From the NCBI GenBank assembly GCA_013115145.1, contig JAAPAO010000034.1:58054-122053 (forward strand): a stretch of 64,000 nt of DNA, written 5' to 3'. This document shows positions 1 to 9,465 of this stretch, in pieces. The position numbers and the translations under genes were made by a program. Positions within the stretch are counted from its first letter, which is position 1. Every line of letters starts with the position of its first letter. The stretch is from Perkinsus chesapeaki ATCC PRA-425 (lineage: Eukaryota > Protista > Perkinsozoa). The notes below the pieces were generated by a model. It worked only from the letters and a program-made list of their open reading frames with translations. It had not been told where the DNA came from and did not search any database.

Positions 1-107
1 ATAATATTAATAATAGGTTACCGTAGTAGTAGTAATAATATTAGTTATAGGTTACCGTAGTGATAGTAATAATATTAATAATAGGTTACCGTAGTAGTAG
101 TAATAAT
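1..107. repeat. 34-bp AT-rich minisatellite, about 3 copies, intronic (runs off the window start)
   Basis: GGTTACCGTAG core at 16, 50 and 84 (period 34); lies before the acceptor TTTTAG at 124. Confidence 0.9.
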
Positions 108-124
108 AAATCCGTTGGTTTTAG

Positions 125-1668
125 GGTGACATCAATCTTGCTACTACCTGCTACCTCCAAGGCGCAGATGTTACTGGTCTTATGTTAATAGCCCAGGCCA
201 CTGCCGACCGTGCACTACTGGGAAAGGTCGCTGCTATGGCAAAGGAAAAAGGTAACCAACAGCGGAGCGAAGCCCGAAGATGTGTCGTATTTTAGAGATG
301 TGGAATGTGGCCTTCTCCGCTTACTTACTACTTGGTGATGCGGAGAGCTGCACTGATGTCCTTGTGGAGTCTCATCGGCTCCCAGAAGCAGTGTTCTTTG
401 CTAGAACGTAGGAGCTGGGTCGACGCTGCGATGTGGGAGGATTGTGCATGAAGAATTTTTGGGCTTTGATATGGGTATCTTAGGGTAGATAGATTATTAT
501 GGTTTTAATAATCAATAGTGATGCTGACACGGTTGAGATTGATAAGTATCATACTTATGAAACACTAACTGTTCTAAATTTATATACAGTATATAATTTA
601 TTATTGGTGCTTGAATACAAACCAGTATGAATAATTATTATATAGTAATTCACCATTTCTTTGTATTTTCTGAGGTGGACGAAGAGGACCTTTATTTATC
701 TATCTCGTTGCTCACAGGTACTGCCCATCCAAGCTGGTGGATAAGGACAGTAACCTATTCGAGGAATGGAGGGAAGATCTTACCAGTGTAAATGCACAGG
801 TAGGCAGGAGGGAGGGATATAGTAGATGAGGATGGTATTGTACAGTTGGCATCGAGTTTGGCTGATCCTCGTAATGAGACTTATCAAGATAAGTTGTTTT
901 CGGAGATGAGCACTACACTGAAGGCTGAGAGGAAGAGGTAGGTCGGACAAAATAGTGTGTGGTGAGGAGGGGGAAGGGTTGTGTTATTTAATAGATGTAT
1001 ACTTACTATTTATATAATTATTAAGTATATTTATTAATAATATAGCAGCACCATGGCATATGAATATTAAAAAATATATGAATGGTCTCAGGGAGGGCTC
1101 CAAGGCTGCTGTGGCTGCAGTGCCGGCTGGTCGTTATAAAGAAGAGAGGAACTTATTGGATGTAGATGTTGTGACGGAGATGGCACAGAATGAGCAAGGA
1201 TTCTATAGCAAGATGGGATGGTGAGTTAACCTATTTTGTATCTTGCATGCTTAACCTTGAGATATCTTAGGTCCGGACCGTCAGCGCCATCTACTCTATT
1301 GCCCGTCAACGATAGCTCTCCTTCCGAGAGAGCTCCCTCAGCAACCCCAGAGCCCGTCGCTCCCGCTGCTCCTCATGAGGTACGCGTGGTTTCATAATCG
1401 AAAGGTCGCTGGTTCTATCCCTGCATCCCGCACTTTTGTCAGGCATCCTCGCAAAGTGTCCAGTCCGACAGTGCTGCATCCTCTTCTCCTGGCGTCGTGG
1501 ATGTAAGTAGCAGTAAGCCCGGTACATCCTATCTGCTCCTCTCAGGACGGCGTTCTAGTTGAATCGGAGCACCACGAATATCACTCGGTAAGGCCCCTCC
1601 CTCCTGTACACGTGACGATGTGCTTTCAGGACGGTACAGCATCCGCTGGACCGGGTGATCTACTTTAG
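125..1668 (+). CDS. COPB2: Coatomer subunit beta-prime, C-terminal exons (5'-partial, multi-exon)
   Basis: Spliced translation GDINLATTCYLQGADVTGLMLIAQATADRALL...MWNVAFSAYLLLGDAESCTDVLVESHRLPEAVFFARTYCPSK...LASSLADP matches the beta'-COP/Sec27 alpha-solenoid; low-complexity tail ends GPGDLL* at 1668; GT-AG junctions keep frame. Confidence 0.88.
1379..1436 (+). pseudogene. tRNA-Met(CAT)-like relic occupying a 63-nt intron
   Basis: GGTACGCGTGGT-TTCATAA-TCGAA-AGGTC-GCTGG-TTCTATC-CCTGC-ATCCCGC-A then TTTT; anticodon loop, variable loop and T-arm (4/5 pairs) are in tRNA register; no 5' acceptor strand. Confidence 0.4.
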
Positions 1669-1882
1669 AAGGTGTTGAAGGTATCGTCTGTATCGGTGTT
1701 ATGGTGATGATACTTTCATATAGCGTTTCAATACAAAAGCTGAAGGTTGTGTTATTATCGAGTGTAATGTAAAGGCAACTCCCAATCGAACGAACCACCA
1801 CATTTCCGCGACAAGGCGTTCAAGTGCTATCGAGCACCTGTAGACGATAAATACTGCTTTAGCGGAGCGAAGTTTTTTGTGA

Positions 1883-3817
1883 ATGGTGACGACTGATGGC
1901 ATTCTTGCAGCCTCAAGATGGAGGTCTCTAAGCATGAGCTTTATCCTGGTCATCCTCGCTGGTGTTGGGTATTGCTTTCCATTGTACAGCGATGCCCTTA
2001 TGTCCTCATTAGAGATGAGCCCTGCCCAACTAACCATGGTAACCTGGCTCTAGGAAGTATTCAAATGGCTTAATTAGTAGGTGCCTGCCCTGCTGAATGT
2101 TGGCGGAGGGTTGGTAGCACCAGCTGGGTTGTGTATATCTAAATATGGTCTAAGAGTATCTATAGTCACTGCTGGTTGCATTATGCTTATCGGGTGAGGG
2201 AGAGTGAATTTGAGACGTCTACGTCTGACAACGGGGGTATCGGTTCTCCTATTACGGCAGATATCCGAAACCGTTTGAACTGTTATTAGATTAAAATGAT
2301 CATTCATCCATTAGAGTTATATATTATCCTTTCTCGCCTAACTGTATCCATTGGACACCTTGGGCCCCGACTCGCATAATAAGATGGAGCTGGAAATACG
2401 GAAGGGAGTTCTCCAAATTTTTTATCGCATCGGTCGGCTAATGAATCGTTAGCCGTCAGCATCATTAGTAATGATGCGTTGGAGACACCAATGCCTCCTC
2501 CTCAATCTGACATGTCTGTCGGTTTAGACTACTTGTCTGCAGATGACGGTATGTATTAGGTACCTTGGGATGTATGCCATCAGCACCATAGAAGGCATTG
2601 GTTCAATAGTATTAGCCTATCTATTGGCCTTTATTATGGGTCAAGGATCTGGATGGATCGATTGCATAAGCGTTACAGCCAATACGACTAACTTCTCTGA
2701 ATCCAAGGGGCAAGTGACAGGCATCACGAAATGCATATTTGGCCTGGCTGCACCAACCGTTACATTACTTTACACAGCACTGCACAACCCAGAGAGATCC
2801 TCCCTAACTTTCCTACTATTGGTAGTTCTAATGGTGCTACTAGTGGTACCTCTATCAACCTTGTTTGTATCTTTGGACCCTTCTCCCTGTCCTTCAAGTG
2901 AGGCCCTACATCCCCCCTTTGCTCGGGTCAATGCCATCGGGCTCACTTTGGCGCTCTTGCAGCTGCTTAATTTTTTCCTGGGTCTACCCAAGCTCATCAG
3001 CCTGGCTCTCGTCGTCGTGTTATTCACCATTATGGTAGCTTTACCATTAACTGCTGCTAAACGTCACCTTGCCACGCCCTTAGGGTACACCTCGGTCGTC
3101 CCCACCAGAGCCGACACTCACCAAGGCTTCTATTATACCGGCAACACTCCGCTAAAAAGCCCCCTCTTTTGGTTTGCCTTCGTTGGCTTGTCTGCTGCAT
3201 TCGGCGGTGGTTTGGCCTTTATGAACAACCAAGCTCAATTGTTACCTCCGGAGATTCCCGATCGTCCCCGTACCGTCGGTGCCCTCCTAACAGTGGTGAC
3301 AGCCTCCAGTGCAGCATCAAGGGTTATCATTGGTTGGGCAGCAGACAGAGTTAAGGTCCTTACTAGACCGGGATATATAGTGATATTGATTACCACTATG
3401 ATAGTGGCATTCCTGGTATACTGTATTATTAATTTAATCGATAATATTGTTAATGTTAGATACTGTCCAATTCACCATCAGCACCCGCCACACTCTTCAT
3501 CTGTGGTCCTCTGATTGGCTTCTGTTTTGGTGGTCTATGGTCCTTAACTCCTCCACTTTGTGCCGACCTTTTTGGTGACCATAACCTTCCACTAGTATAC
3601 TCATCAATGCGTGGTACATTGCTAGTTGGTAAGCCCCCTCTGTACCCTCTTCCCTCATGCCCCGCTAGGTGCCCTTCTCATCGCCTCGGCCACTATGAGC
3701 GTTTTCTACACCCCCGCATACCGTTACTCCCGCTCCTTCGGCGCAGTGGCTGTAGTCCTGACTGTAGCCGGCCTACTACCGTGGTTGGCCATAGCCCTTA
3801 AGACCCGAGCCTGGTAG
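1883..3817 (+). CDS. Nodulin-like / MCH1-type major facilitator superfamily transporter (multi-exon)
   Basis: Spliced MVTTDGILAASRWRSLSMSFILVILAGVGYCFPLYSDALM...AGLCISKYGLRVSIVTAGCIMLIG|YLGMYAIST...TNFSESKGQVTGITKCIFGL; about 12 hydrophobic segments; GWAADR loop motif; 366-nt intron 2194-2559; 3' end approximate. Confidence 0.8.
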
Positions 3818-4209
3818 TAGTCTGCTGCTACTGCCGAGGTATCGTTATGCTCAAATTCGATCAGGTACTCATCATAAATGTTGCCCCTGAAGCCCCTTTT
3901 GTATTATTACTGTTTGTTCTCTACCATTATAAGCATCTTGTTGCACCACTCTTAATTGCGTTACACTCAGTGTTGAACCCGAAGACACCATCGAGGATGT
4001 CCCAACTCGCACTTTTCTAGTAACCTCTACAAATCGAGTCTAGAGCCAGACTTAAGCCCTAGTGAGATGAGACTCGTGCGGGATGGATCACTGCAGCACT
4101 CCCAGCTTGCTCTACCGGTAGCCTATCCCTCGATTGAATAACACGTTCCCAATGGTACTTTAAAAACGCAACAGTTGATGCGTCGGTCTACTAGTATTGA
4201 ATAAACTCT

Positions 4210-5619
4210 TTACTCCTGCTTGACCTTCTTCTCTTCTTCACCTTTCAAGCCTTTATCGGCTATCATCTGTTTAAGCTCACCATCGCGGTACATCGAGGAC
4301 TGAGAATATAGTTACTAAAATGATAATAAGGTTATGTATTACAATAATATCATAGCCACCGAGGAACTCTCCGTCAACATACAGCTGAGGGATCGTCGGC
4401 CAATCCGAGTACTTCTTTACACCTAATAAAGGTATGCAAACACCACGCTTTACCACACTACACTGCTCATGGAGACTGATGATAGGTAGAGGTTATATAA
4501 TGACATGGCTAACAATTCCTTTGTGTGTATTATACAGCATAACCAAAGAGCAATCTTACTTTGACCGGCCAGTATTGGATTAGCGCTGTATAGGGTTAAT
4601 GAACTACTAGTGAAAAGCTGGGCTGAACTCTATGTAGAAGTAATGTTATATGGCAGAAAGGATACTGTATACTTGTTATATTGTTGTGATATATAATCGA
4701 GAGCTATATTATCAATACAATTCTAAACCAACGATACCAGCTTGCCGCTAAAGTTGTTTTGTAAGTTAAGCTGCTGGCATCACAATTCATCTGCAGCATC
4801 ACAGGTGGAGGAGAAAACAGTAAAGGACAGAAAACTGTATGGGAAAAAGTGGCAGTCAGACATAACTCGGAATCTTTTCGCGTTGGTATCACCACCTCAC
4901 AGCCCTGTAGTAAGGTACACCACAGATACGGTATACTGTAAAGTGTTTATGAAGCCGATTAGTACCTTCCCTAACAGCATCCGATTTAAGTACATCAACA
5001 TAAGTAAAGTCATTGAGCCCTTCGGCACTGAGGACGGCACACTAAGAAATAAGAATGCAAGCTATGAAAGGCCAAGAGGATCTTACCACTGCTTTGGAGA
5101 AGCCACATTTTGGGGCAGCTGGGCAGCCTTTCATAAAGAGAACAACACGATTGTCATGGACAAGCTTGTTGATCTTATCTTGAACCTGATAAGGCAGCTG
5201 GGACTAATAGTAGAGGAGGAAGGAGCGGTACGTCCTCATCTGGCTGGATCTTGGTCTTGGGGGCAAAATCCTGACATACATAACTACCAAACAACCTCGA
5301 ATGAATCTTGCCGGAACTTACAATAAAACGTAAAAGAAAAAGAACAGAACAACTTCATATAGGAAATCTCAATATTTTTTGTTGTTGATTATTTATAAAA
5401 TCTAGTAATCCGCGTAACTAGCAGATCGGTCCTTACCGGATCGCTTCCCTCGTTCGTCGCTGTGGCGAAGAACCTGTTGTACCTCGTGGTCGGTTGGAAT
5501 GCTGCAAAGGTCGGTCGCTGTGATATGAACTGAGCTCTCGGAGCTGCTGTTGAGGCGGCAGCTCTCCAAAGAGCACCTGTTGCTGCGGAACGTAGGGCGA
5601 ATTGAGGGACTGGAAGCAT
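4210..5619 (-). CDS. GLRX5: Mitochondrial monothiol glutaredoxin (CGFS class), multi-exon
   Basis: Arg/Ala-rich presequence [13 protein letters not shown]..., then [57 protein letters not shown], stop at 4210. Confidence 0.93.
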
Positions 5620-5679
5620 TGGGGCAAGGAAAACGATGTGCTGCTATTTATTAGTGATATACCAATTTGACCGGATTGA

Positions 5680-5745
5680 TGACTCCAGATATCTAGTGGG
5701 CTTTTTAGCCTCCTAACAGTGAAGCGGTTCGATTCTGCTCTAAAA
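5680..5745 (+). pseudogene. Degenerate tRNA-like relic (A-box-like plus perfect T-arm)
   Basis: TCTAGTGG at ~5692-5699 and AGCGG-TTCGATT-CTGCT (5/5 paired T-stem) at 5723-5739; spacing short, no acceptor or anticodon stem. Confidence 0.25.
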
Positions 5746-6078
5746 AGGTCTTCTTATGAATCTCAAGAATGATGTTCCGAATAAGTCAGACGGGTACAGA
5801 TTGAGGTACTTTTCATAGTTGTCACCCCGCAGCAGTGGATGGCACTATGCGCATATCTGCTCTCGCCACTCGGCAGATGGGCGAGAGCAGTAGCCACGCG
5901 TTGGGCCTCAATTACCATTAATGGTATCTTTGTTACTTACTTATCGACTCCATTGTTTAACTGGGCCTAGTATCGTGCTTGCAGATGCTACAGTCTGTTA
6001 GCGGAGAAGACTACAGCGTTATGACGATATACACCCTCCCGACTACGCTCCATTTAAAGTTGAACCATGCAGCAAAGG

Positions 6079-6148
6079 GTCGGTGTGGTCTAGCGGATAA
6101 ACGTTAATCTTTACATCGTTTCACCCTGGTTCGATTTTCAGCTGAGGA
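6079..6148 (+). pseudogene. Degenerate tRNA-like relic (possibly Val-TAC)
   Basis: A-box TGGTCTAGCGG (6086-6096) and B-box GGTTCGATT (6128-6136) at tRNA spacing; possible loop TT-TAC-AT; stems only partly paired. Confidence 0.35.
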
Positions 6149-6280
6149 ATATGTCGTTTTTTCCTGCATTTTTATCTAGCTCCTCAAGATTCTTTCTAAC
6201 TTAGCTAACTCCCCTCTTCTTCTGTACATTATCCCTCAGTCCGTGTTTTCTCTCTTATGGACATGTTGTTTTCTAACCCT

Positions 6281-7256
6281 ATGCTACTCACCAATGACGA
6301 TGCTGTCCACAGGGCTGGCCCCGGCAACAGCAACACCGCCAGGACCACCATCGACCCTCGGTAAACTCCATCTATGCTGTCTCTACGTACTTCGTATTCT
6401 CAGTGCTTCTTTCTCTATTAATCGCCATAATCGACGTAGCATTGGTACCCGTAGTGGTAGCGCTACTAGTGTCAGTAGTAATGGTATTAGACTACCTACT
6501 GTACCAGAAGCATCTGAGATCGTTATGCCTGTACATTCTACTATCTGCTATGATGATTATGAGGATGACAGGTAAATAACAAATGCCTTCTTCAGCTCAA
6601 ATTATCCTCTTCAGTATCGTCGATGAGTCCGACATCCGTATGATGGTTCGTCGATGCATGGTGAGATGTTACCCTCTATTGTGGTGTTTTCTTACTACTT
6701 GTAATAGGTACGAGCATGCATTCAAGCGACCACCTCGGCCAAGTAGGGAATGTCGAACCTTCCCTACTATTGTGTTTTTTAACATATCTTGTACTAGTAT
6801 CAATTGGGCATCTCCCTTGTGAGGGTGTTATTGCCATCATTATAGGTTAATCCTTGTACTTCTGTAGCTGTACACTCGCCAACTCGTATAATACTAATGA
6901 CCAGTCCCCTCCTTTTTTCTACTCCTAACAGGGACTCTACTTATCATTATCGTAATAACCAAGCTGCTGTTAGATAGCCTTTCTGAGCCGTCTCCCGTAA
7001 ATGGCCAACCTCTGATACTGTCGGGCGACATCAGGCAAGCACGACCGGTGGATTTCTTTATACCCACTCAGTGGCGTTAAGCTGCTGCTGCTGCTATGGC
7101 TTGTGCTGTTGTTGTTGGCTAAAGTATCGAAAAGTCAGGTTATGGCTTATTATTATTACTATCGTGTCTTGTTGTTTTTTCATCGTATTGCATATGTGCA
7201 TTATTGTCATCAGAACTACCATTGCTGTACTTTTTCCCTATACTAACACCGTCTAG
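6281..7256 (+). CDS. Hypothetical membrane protein with Cys-rich C-terminal segment (multi-exon)
   Basis: Exon chain MLLTNDDAVHRAG...IVDESDIRMMVRRCMVRACIQ...TLLIIIVITKLLL...LALSCCCCYGLCCCCWLKYRK; no family recognised. Confidence 0.45.
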
Positions 7257-7703
7257 CCGAAAAGGAAGGCTCTCCATTTCTGTACTCCTGTTATTGTCGG
7301 GATTTGGCGAGGGAGCGGTATGAGTACTAATGATGATCCTCCTGCACTAGTGAGAAGAACAATAAGTAAAAGAAGGCAGCTGCCCCTCCTCCTCGTCCCC
7401 CCCTCCTTCTGCTGTTGTATGATACCTTTACCACACACCGACCCTTTTTGAATCTATTCTATTTGGGGAGCGAGCTGCGTATCGATTGTTTAGACCGGTT
7501 AGACGGTTGTCTGCCATAATACTAATGATGATAAGGCCGTTGGTTCTTTCATAATAAAGATCACCTGTTGCGTATTCGAACCCGGGTTGTTCCCTGTACA
7601 GTGTGTCATAGTAACGTACTGAGCTGTATGTCCTGTATAGGTTTGATTTCCCTAATTGGTTTGTTTGGCCCAGTGCCTCACTACTGTGGGCGGCTCCCTA
7701 AAT

Positions 7704-8416
7704 ATGGGCTGTACTACATCTTGCATTGCAGTTGACAGCAATGATAAGATATATAACAAGGAAGAAGAGCGAGATGGGGAGGAATTCAGAGCCTTGTATT
7801 ATCCTACTAGAGGTACTACAGTGAATCGGTGGATCTTTTATATAACCAAATTGAGTCTATATTACCATATAACATCACCAGACCATATTATAACAATAAT
7901 AGTGATTGCCTCCATACAGCAGCTACGTTGTATTTAATTTCTTATCACACACGGGCTTTAATGTCTCCCTTATAAGGCTTATAATACACTATCACTCAGC
8001 ATCATACTCAATATGTGATCGATATGATGCTCGTCGATCCAGTCGACGGTCATGCGTCCCTTTTGGGAGTTGTTATTATTTTAGGTGGTCCCAAAGTGTA
8101 TCTATCTAATTTAAGTACCTGTCCTTCTGCAACTTTATCGACGGTATCGTTCTATCAACCCAAATATCTACCGTCTGCCTCTACTACTGCATCTGCCCTA
8201 CCACCACCGCCGAGCTCTCCCAGTGGTTCGACGTGTAGTGATGTACTATCCTGGTCTGGTAATGAGAGCCCAGCACAGAGAGTGACAGCTATGGATGCTC
8301 CTGGACGGCAAATGTATTCGTCGAGGAGGCCGCCGCTGTACGGAGGAGTCGTGATGTATAGAAGGGCATCATCACAACAACAGCAAAGCTTATTTGGAGG
8401 CTGTGGACGGAGGTAG
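7704..8416 (+). CDS. Small hypothetical protein with N-terminal dual acylation motif
   Basis: Starts MGCTTSC (Gly2, Cys3/Cys7); donor after YYPTR; Ser/Pro-rich second exon ending GGCGRR*. Confidence 0.45.
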
Positions 8417-8933
8417 TGTTAGATAACCTGTATTTCTAGAGCGATTGCGACGGCTCATTATTGAGATAGATGTTACTGATAGAAATGTGCTACGCGCTGT
8501 TTAATAATTCTACTTATAGTCGGTAGCTCCATAACATATATTTATTAATTATATACTCTGTAGGCTATGCTAAAGAAGCAGTAATAGCCTGACCGTTGTT
8601 TTTTGGCCAGTATAGTTACGGACGGGATATAATATCAATGTATAGTGGCTCTATTGAGCTTAATCCTTTATCCTTTTCTGTAGCGTACTTTAGAAGTATT
8701 ACTATTTATTCATTACTGTCTTGATACTAGTTACTATTCCTTAAGCCTGCTACTATACGACGACGACGGGCTACTCATAATTATACCTTGCTTCATTCTC
8801 TTTCAGTTAGCTGCACTATCATTATAAAGTCCATAATGCTTCCCAGCCTTGTTGCAGTTGTTTAACACTTAGGTTGCCCCAGCATCATCATTACCCTACT
8901 ACTCCACTCACCCCCATACATGAACTGCGTGAG

Positions 8934-9194
8934 ATGACCTCCTCGGAGATGACCGACTGCTGTCCTACTGTGGTGTCCAATGATAGCACTATCGATGAGT
9001 CGTATAGGCTATTGCTGATAAAAAAGAGAGATCGGAACTATTTACCATCTCACACTAGGCGTCGATCGGATCCGGTAAGGTTACTGCTCTCTCGGAGTCA
9101 TCCTATTCTTCAGTTCCCTCGCTCCACATCGAGGAGCAAGCTAATCCGGCCGAGGGAGAAGTGTGCTACCTTGGCGGCAGTGCCGGCTTTCTGA
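8934..9194 (+). CDS. Possible short hypothetical protein
   Basis: Open frame MTSSEMTDCCPTVVS...RRRSDPV; no homology recognised. Confidence 0.25.
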   Translation: MTSSEMTDCCPTVVSNDSTIDESYRLLLIKKRDRNYLPSHTRRRSDPVRLLLSRSHPILQFPRSTSRSKLIRPREKCATLAAVPAF

Positions 9195-9465
9195 TCGCAC
9201 ACGCTCTCCCGTGGGAGTGTTTTGCTCCTGTGTCGGCCAAACCCATAATTTTGCCGCTGGCTGCGTGTCACCTGTAGCATGATGATGTTTTTCTCCTTTC
9301 GTACAAGATCCCAACTTTTATTCCCGAAATGCGTTCCTGTCACTATCATTCGTCTGGAAGATGCAAACTCTATTTCATCTTATCGCCTACTTTCTATTGT
9401 ATTTCAGAATTACTGCTTGTTTTGAGTTAAACAGTGGAGTCAATTCTCTCTCAGAAATTCTTATT

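Noticed and set aside
1306-2307. Four minus-strand ORFs (73-112 aa)
   Set aside because: Antisense to spliced plus-strand exons of COPB2 and the MFS transporter
4742-5326. 194-aa plus-strand ORF
   Set aside because: Antisense shadow of glutaredoxin exons and intron; no protein features of its own
7566-7637. Minus-strand tRNA-like boxes (AGCTCAG ... GGGTTCGAAT, CT-GTA-CA loop)
   Set aside because: T-stem, anticodon stem and acceptor stem do not pair; too weak to call even a relic
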